DNA of 64,000 nt from an uncultured Planctomycetota bacterium. Its GTDB lineage: Bacteria; Planctomycetota; Planctomycetia; Isosphaerales; Isosphaeraceae. Positions 54,301 through 64,000 of the stretch are shown here, one piece after another (positions within the stretch are counted from its first letter, which is position 1; each line of letters starts with the position of its first letter). Below the pieces are notes generated by a model. It had not been told where the DNA came from. It worked only from the letters and a program-made list of their open reading frames with translations, and did no database searches. The DNA is taken from the NCBI GenBank assembly GCA_963737655.1, contig CAVTTN010000002.1, positions 2,016,001-2,080,000 of the forward strand, given 5' to 3'. The position numbers were made by a program, and so were the translations under genes.

Positions 54301-54962
54301 TCGGCGTCCTCCCGGTGGAGGTAATGGGCGTCGCTGGTGGCGACCAGCGGCAAGCCCATCGCGTTGGCCACATCCACGGCGGCCGCCGCCTGCTCCTTCT
54401 GGATCGACAGGCCGTTGTCCTGGATCTCGACGAAGAAGCCGTCCTCGCCGAAGACCTCCTGATACCACGCCGCCAGCTTCTTCGCCTCGGCGATCTTGCC
54501 GTGGAGGAGGAAGTCGGAGAACTCCGACGACACGCAGCCCGACAGGCAGATCAGCCCCTCGGAGTGCTGGCGGAGGATCTCCTTGTCGATCCGGGGCTTG
54601 TAGTAAAAGCCTTCGAGGAACGACTTGGAGCTGAGCCGCAACAGGTTGCGGACCCCCTCGCCCGTGCGGGCCAATAGCGTCAGGTGGAAGCTATGCTCCT
54701 GGCCCGACACGCCGCCGGTGGTGCGGTCGGTCCGGTGCTTCGGGGCCACATAGGCTTCGATCCCGACGATCGGCTTGAAGTCCTGGGCCTTCCCCTCGCG
54801 GAGGAACTCCGCGGCGCCGTGGAGGTTGCCGTGGTCGGTGATCGCCAGGGCGGGCATGCCCAGCACCTTGGCCCGCTTCACCAGGGCCGGCACCTTGCTC
54901 GCCCCGTCCAGGAGGCTGTAGTGGCTATGGCAATGGAGGTGGACGAAGGGCCTGGCACTCAT
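51351..54962 (-). CDS. dnaE: DNA polymerase III subunit alpha
   Basis: FVHLHCHSHYSLLDG (PHP), RGSACG, FERFLDPNR..PDIDID, GLLKMDFLGL, YGFNKSHS. Confidence 0.97.
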   Translation of the reverse strand: MSARPFVHLHCHSHYSLLDGASKVPALVKRAKVLGMPALAITDHGNLHGAAEFLREGKAQDFKPIVGIEAYVAPKHRTDRTTGGVSGQEHSFHLTLLARTGEGVRNLLRLSSKSFLEGFYYKPRIDKEILRQHSEGLICLSGCVSSEFSDFLLHGKIAEAKKLAAWYQEVFGEDGFFVEIQDNGLSIQKEQAAAAVDVANAMGLPLVATSDAHYLHREDAEAHDVLLCVNMGKTLDDPKRMKFETKEFFVRSPDEMYAAMPGREEALKQSARIAESVEEHYKSLGFGKRQFPSFKPPEEKTPEAFLRELCEAGMKVRYGSPEPPEARARLEHELGIINRMGFASYFLIVWDFVRFARENGIASSARGSACGAIVSYLLYLSHVCPIHYDLLFERFLDPNRSEAPDIDIDIEQDRRYEVIEYVRKKYGAANVAQIGTFLTLGAKAAVKDVGRAMNLPLPRVDGVTKLIPSIPLHITIEQALIQEPALKRLRDEDPEIARLLDYAMKLEGLARNVSTHAAGVVIADRPLEELVPLQKLPNKDKDKEVVSTQWPMGDVEKAGLLKMDFLGLRNLSSLEAIVRLVNARHPEAPIDLNALPLDDPETFALLQRGETKGVFQFESAGIRDLLVKMKPDRFADIIATSALYRPGPLNGGMVDEYVNVKNKRKDAEYPHAVLKEVLEETYGVMVYQEQVMRILNRLGGIELSQAYGCIKAISKKKTEIIAQGRNQFLEGAVSRGLEKDRASKIFALIEEFGGYGFNKSHSTAYALVTFQTAYLKAHFPTEFMAAILSSEMDGAERDKFFYEHIDDCKRMGIEVLPPDVNRSGLEFRVAREGQILFGLGAIKGVGTKAVETLIRAREAGGPFLGLDDLFERVPASVVGQGCVETLIKAGAFDLMGTRPAKIRGQLLAILPRAVQSGQARQEDRKRGQRGLFDDAEGSAPEAAALSLPDVPDLPDAEMLAEEKKALGFYMSSHPLARHAPTLAAFRSHQVADLAELNDRAEVLLGGMVAGFTVRTVKPNRSGLTRMAKLAIEDLSGSTPAMLWPEELAKNEPLLKDDAIVFVKGTISRQRDPAEVIIQRVIPLEAAAAELAKGVIVTLRKGAMGRDDLERLSRHVRNHSPGGLDVFLELIGLEDVRRAVYKAGSSLKVRYDDKLMADLESVVGSGNVRLRGQNGSAPRPQARPPAEPVSIPAFGEEAVEPEED

Positions 54963-55079
54963 GGAGCGATCCTCGGTCGGCTGTACGACTGGACAGCAAG
55001 GCCAGTCTACCCGACGGCGCCTCGCCTGACCAGCCCCGGTGTTTCTCCGGGGAAGATCGGTCGGAGGGCAGGTCGTCCT

Positions 55080-55221
55080 GCAGGGTGCATGAAATGCACG
55101 AGGACGCGGCGGCCGAAGGACGCCTCCCTCCTCCCCTCCGATTCCAGGGACGAGGAGGAAGAGGAGACGGGGGGCGTCCTTCGGCCGCCGCGAGCGAGTG
55201 GGTGCATTTCATGCACCTTAC
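55080..55221. repeat. Complete REPIN-like element, family A (inverted REP pair with palindromic spacer)
   Basis: GCAGGGTGCATGAAATGCACG (55080-55100) and GGTGCATTTCATGCACCTTAC (55201-55221), with a perfect inner 20-bp stem 55105-55124/55173-55192. Confidence 0.85.
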
Positions 55222-55499
55222 AAGGCGCCGACCTCGACGAGTTCCTCGGCGTCTTCGTCGGCCGAGGCGGCTTCGAGGCCCTGGACCAGCGCCCCGAGCT
55301 GCAGGGCCAACAGGCGGTCGGCCGGGGTGTGGCCTCGCAACAGGGCGAGGAAGGCATCGGCCCCGAGGATCACGGCCTTGGGCTTGCTGTGGATTGTCAG
55401 GACGCACCGGGCCGACGGATCTTCCAGGCCCTCCAGGACCTTCGGGAGATCGCGGTGGAGCTCGCGGCTGCCGATGAAGCGGACGCGCTGATGGGCCAT
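55218..55499 (-). CDS. Phd/YefM-like antitoxin-fold protein (no adjacent toxin)
   Basis: IGSRELHRDLPKVLE....VLTIHSKPKAVIL matches the Phd N-terminal pattern; acidic C-terminal tail. Confidence 0.68.
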   Translation of the reverse strand: MAHQRVRFIGSRELHRDLPKVLEGLEDPSARCVLTIHSKPKAVILGADAFLALLRGHTPADRLLALQLGALVQGLEAASADEDAEELVEVGAL

Positions 55500-55674
55500 G
55501 ACCATCCCCTGGCCGGTCGGTGCCGGATGCGATGGGAACTCTCGGCGACGAGAAACGTGAGGGGTCGCCGACGGGAAGGCGGAGGTGACGTACCCAGGGT
55601 AACCGCCTCCGGCCCGGAGGTCAACCATCCATTCTCGCGGAACGCGGTGGCCGGCGACGGAATTCTCGGGATCG

Positions 55675-57403
55675 TCACGAACCGGGCTTTCCCGGGGGTT
55701 TGGCCTCGGCGCCGTCGCCGGGGGGCGGCTCGGGGCGGAGTCCGGCCCTCTTCTTGAGGAGGTCGCGGAGCTCGCGATGGGCGCCGTAGCGGTGGAGGGC
55801 GTCCTGGCGGATCTGCTGGGCCTCGGCGGCCTTGCCCCGCTCCTCCAGGTGGTCGGCGTCGTCCAGGGCCTTGACCAGGGCCGCGCGGCGGTCGCGGATG
55901 TCCCGGGTCAGGGCCTCGGCCCTCTCGGAGGCCAGGAGGACCCAGGGCCGTTCGTCGGGGTCCTGCGCAGTCGAGCTCGTCGGCCATCCGTCGCCAGGAG
56001 GCCAGGGCGTCCTCGTCCCGGCCGTCCTTCTTCGCGCCGATGGCCTCGTTGGAGGCGAGCACGAACCGCTCCTCGGCCGGCCCCTTGGGCTGGCTGGCCA
56101 GGACGAGGCTGGGGTGTTCGAGGATCGCGGCGCGGCGGCGGATCCTCTCCAGGGCGATCTTGTCTCGCCAGGCGCGCTTCTCCTCGACGAACTGTTCCGG
56201 GAACCGGCGGTCGAGCTCGGAGATGTAATCGCGCTCGGCCTCGTGCCAGGCGGAGGGGGCGTCGCGGGCCATCCTCTCGGCGGCCCGGCGGTGGAGCTCC
56301 TCGGCCGAGAGCGGCCAGAGCATGAACGCCGTGAACGTGAGCCCGCCGGCCAGGGCCAGGGCCAGGCCGATCGTCCCCAGGTCGCGCCCTCGGGGCACTT
56401 CCCAGTCGGCGAACGTCGCCAGGCCGGCTTTCTTCGGCTTCTTCACCGGGGCCGTCGTCGTGCTGATCGTCGGCGAGTTGGCCGAGACGGTGGCCGTGCC
56501 GTCCATCGGCCCGCCGAGCCTCGCCGGCGGGCCTCCGGCGAAGACCATCGGGATCTTGTCGCCCCGCTCGGCCTTTTCCACGAGCTCGGCCAGGTCGGCG
56601 CGGACCTTCTCGGCGTCGAACGGCCGTTTGCTCATGTCCTTGTCCATGAGCATCAGGATCAGGTCGTCCAGGGCCCGGGGGACCTCCGGGTTCTTGCTGC
56701 TGACCCGGGGCGGGGGCTCGGCCAGGTGCATGTGCATCAGGACCACCGCCGAGTTCCCCCGGAACGGCGTCTGGCCGGTCAGGAGCTGGAAGAGCAGGCA
56801 GCCCAGGGCGTACAGGTCGGTCTTGTGGCTGACCGGCGGGTTGCCCCGGATCTGCTCCGGGGCCATGTAGGCCGCGGTGCCCAGGGTCCGCCCGGTGGCC
56901 GTCAGGGCCTCGGCCTCGGGATTGTCATCCTTGGCGATCCCGAAGTCCGTGAGCTTGATCTGGCCGGAGTCCGAGAACAGCAGATTCGACGGCTTGAGGT
57001 CCCGGTGGATGATCTGCCGGTCGTGAGCGTAGTGGAGGGCGTCGCAGATCTGCACCGCGTACTTCGCCACCTCCAGCCACGAGAGCGACCCCCGCCGGTC
57101 CAGCAAGTCCTCCAGGGTCCCTCCGGTCAGGTACTCCATCGCCACGTAATCGACGCCCTGATACCGCCCCCGGGCGAGGAACCGGACGATGTGAGGGTGG
57201 CGGAACTTCTCGAGGATCTTGGCCTCGCGCTCGAACCGCTTGGGGATCCGGGCCTTGGACCCGGCCTCTCCCGTGATGATTTTCACGGCGGCGTGCATCG
57301 GCGGTCGGTCCGGCCTCTCGTAGAGGGCCCGGAAGACCACCCCCATCGCGCCGGCGCCGATCTTCTCCTCGATCAGGAACGACCCGAGACGCTGACCGAT
57401 CAT
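55675..57403 (-). CDS. Membrane Ser/Thr protein kinase with extracytoplasmic helical domain (~575 aa); +1 indel near 55969
   Basis: IGAGAMGVVF, AAVK, HRDLKPSN, DFGIAK, GTAAYMAPEQ, TM LALALAGGLTFTAFML. Corrected frame ends ...KPPGKPGS* at 55675. Confidence 0.88.
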
Positions 57404-58220
57404 CGTTGGCAATCGACGGGGGTTGAGAGGGGACGTGAACTCCGGCGAGCCAGGATAACCCAGCGGACGCCCCGAACGCATCTAGGAATCGGGAAAAACC
57501 GGGAGAGGCGGGGCCCTCCCGATCCTCGACCCGCCTCGGCCGTCGTCGTCCATCGACCAGGAGGAATGGGTAATTGGGGTCAAGTTTGACCCTGGGGGGG
57601 CACGAGAGGAAATATGGAAGAAACCTCAAATCATGGAGTCGGCAAAGTTCTTCAATCGTCCATCGCCGAAAAGTTGACTCCACTTTTCCCGCCAAAATCG
57701 CGAAAAGGGCGGAAATCCCCGGGGATTCGCGCGCGCAACGACCCGTGCGCGAGCACGATCGCTCACGTCGGCAGATTTAAGTTCAAAATCCACAAATCCA
57801 GCCCTCTTTCGGAGATGCGAAAAGGCGCCCGGCGAGCCGATCGGCCCGGATCGCGCCACGATCCCGGGACACTCCGAGGGGCCGCGAGTCATCCACGAAG
57901 TTTCAGGCCATCGCGTGTTCTTGTCATGAATCAGGCCATGGGAAATCCCGGCCGACGGATTCGGTGATCGTCGGGGCCCGCGCCCCCGATGATCCGGGTT
58001 AAGCGTCCGGCGTCGAGGAGCCTCCTCGATTCCGGGCGCAGCCGAACCGGAGTTTCCAAAGCCGACTGCCTCGGGTCCGGGCCCCTCATCCATTGGCTCT
58101 TGAGGGCGTGGGGATTCGCGAGAATCGGCGCGGAATCTCGGGAACGGGTGGCGTTTGAGGCGTTAAAGTGTTCGGCATGCGCCGGCGTGAGAAATTTTCC
58201 CGACGACGGGGGGATCGACC

Positions 58221-59230
58221 ATGAGCTTCTGGGACACTCTCGAAGGCATCGGCGAGGGGATCGTCACGGGAGTCGTCGCGGGCGGGGTGGCCGGGGCCGT
58301 GATCGGGGGGGTGGCCGGGGCCCTGGGCGGAGGGGGGGCCGCCGCCGCCGCGGCCGGTGCGGAGGCCGGGGCCGCCGCCGGGGCCACGGCCGGCGGGCTC
58401 GGGGCGCCGTCCTGGGGGCGGCCGGGGCGGGGATCTCCCAGTTCTTCCACTGGCGACACCTCACCGGCGCCGAACAGGCCCTGGCCCAGCAGGTCTTCCA
58501 GGGCTCGCTCGGCTCCCTCAGCGACATCGTGATCACCGACATCATCGGCGCCTCGAGCCGGCCGTTCACGATCCCCGGCTCGCTGATGCCGGTCCTGGGA
58601 TCGGTCTTCCCCAGCCTCGCCTTCGGCTGGCTCACGGCGCCCACCCTGCTGTCGAAATACCTGGTCAACCTCGGGGCCGAGGGGTATGCCGACGGCTTCA
58701 TGTCGGGCGTCTCCAAGGGCAAGAAGCCCGGCCAGAACCTGGCCCACGAGCTCACCCACGTCTGGCAGGGCCGGCACGACGGATTCGCCTGGAACTACGT
58801 GATCAACTCGGTCAAGAACCAGCTCTTCTGCGGCCTCGGCGCCTACGACTATCCGAGCGGCGCCGGCGCCGAGTGGAACACCTACCAGGCCGAGCAGCAG
58901 GCGCACATCGTCGAGGACTGGTACTCGCACGGGGCCACCGAGGTCGCCACCAACGACTATTACTTCTACAAGACCAATCCGAATCTGAACTTCATCGACC
59001 TGTTCCGCTACGTGAAGTGCAACATCCGCACCGGCAACCCCGACGCCGACTCCACCCCGAGCCAGCCGACGCAGCTGGACCTCCTCAAGGCGAATTCGAC
59101 GATCATCTCCCGGTTCCCCCTCCCGGGAACGCCGACGCCGAAGCCGGCCCCCGCACCGGCCCCGGCACCCGCGGCGCCGGCCCATTACGACATCGCCCAC
59201 CAGACGAAGATCAATCTCTTCGGCAAATGA
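58221..59230 (+). CDS. Gly/Ala-zipper N-terminus plus zincin-like HExxH domain (~336 aa); -1 frameshift near 58403
   Basis: GxxxG-rich residues ~8-70, RHLTGAEQALAQQVF, AHELTHVWQ, EQQAHIVEDWY, PAPAPA tail. Confidence 0.75.
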
Positions 59231-59251
59231 GAGGGTCGGCTCGCCGGCCGG

Positions 59252-61642
59252 TCAGGACGACGCCGGGACCGCCTTCCATCGCCAGTCGAGGATCTCGGGC
59301 ATGTCCTGGCCGTGCTTGCGGATGTACTGGTTGTGGTCGATCAGCTTGTCGCGGACGTGCTGCTTGGCATAGGCCGCCAGCCCGCCGAGCTGGGGCAAGC
59401 GGTCCACGGCGTCCCCGACGAGGTGGAAGCGGTCCAGGTCATTCATGACGGCCATGTCGAACGGGGTGGAGATCGTGCCCTCCTCCTTGTAGCCCCGGAC
59501 GTGGATGTTGTGGTGGTTGGTCCGGCGATAGGTCAGCCGGTGGATCAGCCAGGGGTAGCCGTGGTAGGCGAAGATCACCGGCTTGTCCGTGGTGAACAGG
59601 GTGTCGAAGTCGTGGTCGCTCAGGCCGTGGGGGTGCTCGGTCTCGGGCTGGAGCCTCATCAGGTCCACCACGTTGACCACCCGGATCTTGAGGTCGGGGG
59701 CGAGCTCTCGGAGGATCTGGACCGCGGCGAGCGTCTCCAACGTGGGGACGTCCCCGGCGCAGCCCATCACGACGTCGGGCTCGGCCCCCCTGTCGTTGCT
59801 CGCCCATTCCCAGATGCCGATCCCGGCCGTGCAGTGCTTCACGGCCTCGTCCATCGAGAGCCACTGCGGGGACGGATGCTTGCTCGCCACCACCACGTTG
59901 ACGTAGTGCCGGCTCTTCAGGCAATGGTCCACCACCGAGAGCAGCGTGTTGGTGTCGGGGGGCAGATAAACGCGGACGATTTCCGCCTTCTTGTTGCAGA
60001 CGTGGTCGATGAACCCCGGGTCCTGGTGGGTGAACCCGTTGTGGTCCTGCCTCCACACGTGAGAGGCCAGGAGGATGTTCAAGGACGCGATCGGCCTCCG
60101 CCACGGGATGTGCCGGGTGACCTTCAGCCACTTGGCGTGCTGGTTGAACATCGAGTCGATGATGTGGATGAACGCCTCGTAGCAATTGAACAGGCCGTGG
60201 CGGCCGGTGAGCAGGTAGCCTTCGAGCCACCCCTCGCACTGGTGCTCGCTGAGGACCTCGACCACCCGGCCGGTCGGGGCGAGGTGGTCGTCGGTGGCGA
60301 TGACCTCGGCCTCCCACTGCTTGTTCGTGGCCTCGAAGACGGCGGTCAGGCGGTTCGAGGCGGTCTCGTCGGGGCCGAAGATGCGGAAGTTCCTGGCGTC
60401 GTCGTTCTTCACGATCACGTCGCGGAGGAACTTGCCCAGGGTCCGGGCGTCCTCGTTCATGATCGCGCCCGGTGAGGGGACGTCGATGGCGTAATCGCGG
60501 AAATCCGGGAGGCGGAGGTCCCTCAGGAGGATTCCGCCGTTGGCGTGGGGGTTCGCGCCCATCCGTCGGAGCCCTTTCGGGGCGAGGTCTCGCAATTCGG
60601 CGAGCAGCCGGCCCGATTCGTCGAACAATTCCTCGGGCCGATAGCCCCGGAGCCACTGTTCCAGGAGCTTGAGGTGCTCGGGATGCCCCGACGGCTCGGA
60701 CAGGGGGACCTGGTGGGCCCGATACGTCCCCTCGACCGGCAGCCCATCGACGAACTTGGGCCCGGTCCAGCCCTTCGGGGTCTCCAGGACGATCATCGGC
60801 CAGGTCGGACGCTTGCCCGAGGACGCCCCGGATCGCGCCTCGGACTGGATCCTGCGGATCTCGACGAAAACCTCGTCCAGGGCTTCGGCCATCAGCCTGT
60901 GCATCGTCTCGGGGTCGTCGCCCGAGACGAACCGCGGGGCGTAGCCGTAGCCTTTCAGCAGCATCGTCAGCTCTTCCCGGCCGATCCGGGCGAGGATCGT
61001 CGGGTTGGCGATCTTGTATCCGTTGAGGTGGAGGATCGGCAGGACGGCGCCATCGGTCGCCGGGTTCAGGAACTTGTTGCCGTGCCATCCGGTGGCCAGG
61101 GGGCCGGTCTCGGCCTCGCCGTCGCCGACCACGCAGGCGACCACGAGATCCGGGTTGTCGAACGCGGCGCCGAAGGCGTGGCTGAGGCTGTATCCGAGCT
61201 CGCCGCCCTCGTGGATCGAACCGGGCGTCTCGGGGGCGACGTGGCTCGGGATGCCCCCGGGGAAGGAGAACTGCTTGAACAGGCTTTTCAGGCCCGGCTC
61301 GTCCTCGGTGATGTTCGAATACAGCTCGCTGTACGTCCCTTCGAGATAGGTGTTCGCCACCAGGGCGGGGCCGCCATGCCCGGGGCCGGAGATGTAGATC
61401 ATGTCCACGTCGAGCTTTTTGATGATCCGGTTCAGATGGACGTACACGAAGTTCTGGCCCGGCGTCGTCCCCCAGTGGCCGAGGAGCCGGGGCTTGACGT
61501 GCTCCAGGGCCAACGGCTCGCGGAGGAGCGGGTTGTCGAGCAGGTAGATCTGGCCGACGGACAGGTAATTGGCGGCCCGCCAGTAGGCGTCCATCTTGCG
61601 GAGGAGGTCGGTCGAGGCGGAGGCGGAGGCGGTCGCATCCAT
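59252..61642 (-). CDS. xfp: Xylulose-5-P/fructose-6-P phosphoketolase (in frame with upstream ackA)
   Basis: [68 protein letters not shown]; own GGAG RBS. Confidence 0.95.
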   Translation of the reverse strand: MDATASASASTDLLRKMDAYWRAANYLSVGQIYLLDNPLLREPLALEHVKPRLLGHWGTTPGQNFVYVHLNRIIKKLDVDMIYISGPGHGGPALVANTYLEGTYSELYSNITEDEPGLKSLFKQFSFPGGIPSHVAPETPGSIHEGGELGYSLSHAFGAAFDNPDLVVACVVGDGEAETGPLATGWHGNKFLNPATDGAVLPILHLNGYKIANPTILARIGREELTMLLKGYGYAPRFVSGDDPETMHRLMAEALDEVFVEIRRIQSEARSGASSGKRPTWPMIVLETPKGWTGPKFVDGLPVEGTYRAHQVPLSEPSGHPEHLKLLEQWLRGYRPEELFDESGRLLAELRDLAPKGLRRMGANPHANGGILLRDLRLPDFRDYAIDVPSPGAIMNEDARTLGKFLRDVIVKNDDARNFRIFGPDETASNRLTAVFEATNKQWEAEVIATDDHLAPTGRVVEVLSEHQCEGWLEGYLLTGRHGLFNCYEAFIHIIDSMFNQHAKWLKVTRHIPWRRPIASLNILLASHVWRQDHNGFTHQDPGFIDHVCNKKAEIVRVYLPPDTNTLLSVVDHCLKSRHYVNVVVASKHPSPQWLSMDEAVKHCTAGIGIWEWASNDRGAEPDVVMGCAGDVPTLETLAAVQILRELAPDLKIRVVNVVDLMRLQPETEHPHGLSDHDFDTLFTTDKPVIFAYHGYPWLIHRLTYRRTNHHNIHVRGYKEEGTISTPFDMAVMNDLDRFHLVGDAVDRLPQLGGLAAYAKQHVRDKLIDHNQYIRKHGQDMPEILDWRWKAVPASS

Positions 61643-62797
61643 CGGGCGGCTCCGGGGTCCGGGCGGATGGTCCTGGGGGATCGACAGGCGGGCGACGGCC
61701 CGAGCGATCATGATCTCTTCATCGGTGCGGATCAGGCGGACCGAGACGCGGGAGGCCGAGAGGACCGGCTCGCCCGAGGCATTGCGGGCCGGGTCCAGGG
61801 CGATCCCGAGATGGCCCAGCCCTTCGCAGACCCTCCGGCGGACCTCGGGCGAATTCTCGCCGATCCCCCCGGCGAAGACCAGCGTGTCCAGCCCCCCGAG
61901 GGCCGCGGCCAGGGCGCCGATCTCCTTCTTGATCCGGTAACAGAACAGGGCCAGCGCCTCGGCGGCCCTCGGGTCGTCGGCTTCTCGGGCCAGGAGGTCG
62001 CGGACGTCGGCCGAGGTCTCCGAGACGCCCAGCAAGCCCGATTCGTGGGCCGACAGCCGGGCGAACCGTTGGGGAGACATCCCCTCGACCCTCGCCAGGA
62101 ATGGGCCGAGCGCGGGGTCGAGGTCTCCGGAGCGAGTCCCCATGACCACGCCCGAGGCCGGGGTGAAGCCCATCGTGGTCTCGAGAGACCGGCCGTCGAG
62201 GACCGCCGCCAGGCTCGAACCCGATCCCAGATGGGCCAGGATCACCCGGCCCCGCGCGGCCTCGACGCCGGCCTCGCGCGCGAGTTCTTCGAGCAAGTAT
62301 TCATAAGACAGCCCGTGGAACCCGTAGCGGCGGACGCCCATCGCCTCATACCGCCGGGGGACCGGCACGATCCGGGCGACCCGGGGCAGGTCGCGATGGA
62401 ACGCGGTGTCGAAGCAGGCGACCTGGACGAGCGACGGGTCGAGCTCGCGGACCGCCTCGATCAACGAGACCTCGGCCGGCAGGTGCTCGGGGTCGAGCGG
62501 GGCGAGTCGCTTCAATTCGGCCAGGAGCGAGTCGGTCACCAACTCGGGCGTCGTGAAGATCCCTCCGCCGTGGACCACCCGATGCCCCACGCGGGCCACG
62601 GCGGCCAGCCCGCCGAGCGGCCCGAGTCGGTCGATCACGGCCCCCAGGGCCGACCGGATGTCGGCCGCGCCGACCCGCTCGACCCGGCCCGAGAGGCGCC
62701 GGGCGGACGGGTCGTCCGCGTCGAACACGGCGAACTTCAGGCTGGACGATCCGGCGTTGATCGCCAGGAGGAGCGAGCGTCCCTCGGTCCGGTCCAA
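61643..62797 (-). CDS. ackA: Acetate kinase (no stop codon before xfp)
   Basis: [64 protein letters not shown] start at 62797 with GGAGG RBS. Confidence 0.92.
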
Positions 62798-63231
62798 GGT
62801 CGATGCCTCCGGTTCGTCGCGGGGATCCGCCTGAGGACGATCGTCGTCCGGTCGGGCCGCCAGGATAGCACGATCCGACGGCCGGGGCGAGGGACGGTCG
62901 CGATGGAACGGCGGATCGCGGTCCCGGGCATGGACTTGCCCGCGAGCGACGGTCGAGAGGGCGGTCCGCCGGGGCCGGGGCCGCCCGAGACGTCGCAAGT
63001 CGCCCCTCGCCTGGCCTTAGGTCGCGCGGCGTCGGCCCGTCCCGGACGGTCGCGCTTCGGCACGTCTTTTGCCAAGGCGTGCCCATGTTGGCATATCCTG
63101 CCCTTTCCCGAGGCCGCCGATCCCCTCGGCCCCGGCCCCTCGTCGCGAGATGGGGGCCGGGGCCCGGGGATCGAACCGGGCGGGTCGCGGGGCCGGGAGC
63201 CGACGACACCCAGGAACAAAGGGGAGCGACC

Positions 63232-63942
63232 ATGGTCGAGAAGGCACGACGCGGCTTCGCCGCGATGGACCCCGAGGAGCAGAGGGAGATCGCCCGCAAG
63301 GGCGGCAAGGCTTCCCAAGGCGGCCGGGACCGCGAGGACGAAAGGGAGGAGGACGACCGGGGCGAGAACCGGCGGGGCGGCAACGGCGGATCCCGACGGG
63401 GCTTCGCCGCGATGGACCCGGAGGAGCAGCGCGAGATCGCCAGCGAGGGGGGCCGCGAGGCCCATCGGCGGGGGACGGCCCACGAGTTCGACTCGGAGGA
63501 AGCCGCCGAGGCCGGCCGCCGAGGCGGAGAGGCCGTCAGCCGCGACCGCGAGCACATGGCCGAGATCGGCCGCAAGGGCGGCCACGCCTCGCACCACCGC
63601 AATGCAGCCTTCTACCACGAGTCGGCCGCCCACCACCACCGCCAGGCCGCCCGCCACCACGAGTCCGGCGACGCCGAGGAGGCCGAGCGCCACGCCCGGA
63701 CCGCCCACGGACACAGCCAGAGCGCCCACGAGCACAGCCGCCGCGGGTTCGCCGCGATGGACCCGGAGGAGCAGCGCGAGGTCGCCCGCAAGGGCGGCGA
63801 GGCCTCCCACGGCGGCCGGGGCCTTGACGAGGAGGATGAGGACGACGAGGACGAGTCCGGCGTCGGCGGAGGCCGACGGACCCGGGGCGGATCGTCCGAG
63901 CAGCACGCCCGGGCCGGCCGCCAGAGCCACAAGAACTCCTGA
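63232..63942 (+). CDS. KGG-repeat general stress protein with a His-rich helical insert
   Basis: Three RRGFAAMDPEEQRE(I/V)A..GG repeats, AHEFDSEEAAEAGRRGG, REHMAEIGRKGG, QHARAGRQSHKN. Confidence 0.88.
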   Translation: MVEKARRGFAAMDPEEQREIARKGGKASQGGRDREDEREEDDRGENRRGGNGGSRRGFAAMDPEEQREIASEGGREAHRRGTAHEFDSEEAAEAGRRGGEAVSRDREHMAEIGRKGGHASHHRNAAFYHESAAHHHRQAARHHESGDAEEAERHARTAHGHSQSAHEHSRRGFAAMDPEEQREVARKGGEASHGGRGLDEEDEDDEDESGVGGGRRTRGGSSEQHARAGRQSHKNS

Positions 63943-63961
63943 CCCTCGCCGAGAGGATCGG

Positions 63962-63992
63962 CCCGCCCCGCCGGAGGCCCCGGCGGGGCGGG
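63962..63992 (+). terminator. GC-rich hairpin after the KGG gene (possible terminator, no U-tract visible)
   Basis: 13-bp perfect stem CCCGCCCCGCCGG-AGGCC-CCGGCGGGGCGGG. Confidence 0.45.
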
Positions 63993-64000
63993 ATCGTTCC

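Noticed and set aside
51327..54677. 1,116-aa plus-strand ORF and other long antisense or alternative-frame ORFs (e.g. 17993-20416, 22167-24644, 45594-47831, 38987-40861)
   Set aside because: These are shadow ORFs overlapping well-supported genes in GC-rich DNA, with Arg/Gly/Pro-rich or mirror-codon composition and no motifs.
55218..57403. Possible kinase-Phd fusion
   Set aside because: After correcting the indel at ~55969 the kinase frame stops at TGA 55675-55677, before the Phd-like ORF.
57786..57897. DnaA-box-like sequences (AAATCCACA, TCATCCACG) suggesting oriC
   Set aside because: Only two boxes, each with two mismatches to TTATCCACA, and no dnaA/dnaN context.

Overview
GC-rich chromosomal window of a Planctomycetota bacterium, probably Isosphaeraceae-like. 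This is inferred from DUF1559 prepilin-like proteins, a DUF1549/DUF1553-DUF1501 module, TIGR03067-like domains, an ECF sigma factor with a long C-terminal extension, an LExRxLL-type N-terminal motif and tandem Uma2 genes. Housekeeping content: dnaE, a stand-alone nuoL-nuoM pair, ackA and xfp. Other content: a MacAB-type ABC export locus, a GspF/PilC plus pseudopilin cluster, a GT2-GtrA/YfhO glycosylation set, two Ser/Thr kinases, RRM and NYN proteins, and a KGG stress protein. One complete IS5-family element (17-bp inverted repeats, TTA duplication) splits an ORFan that rejoins in frame once the IS is removed. Two REP/REPIN-like palindrome families occur three times each. About 15 single-base indels split otherwise intact genes and most likely reflect long-read consensus errors, so fusions and frameshifts need read-level confirmation. 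Most notable candidates: an in-frame AckA-Xfp fusion, a glycine-zipper plus HExxH effector-like ORFan, a ~1,000-aa ECF-3xTIGR03067-Wza-domain protein next to a pseudopilin operon, a two-gene cassette inside the DUF1553/DUF1501 operon, and an orphan Phd-like antitoxin with a REPIN in the toxin position. No rRNA, tRNA or CRISPR array was recognised. Family assignments come from motif recognition by eye, not from database searches.
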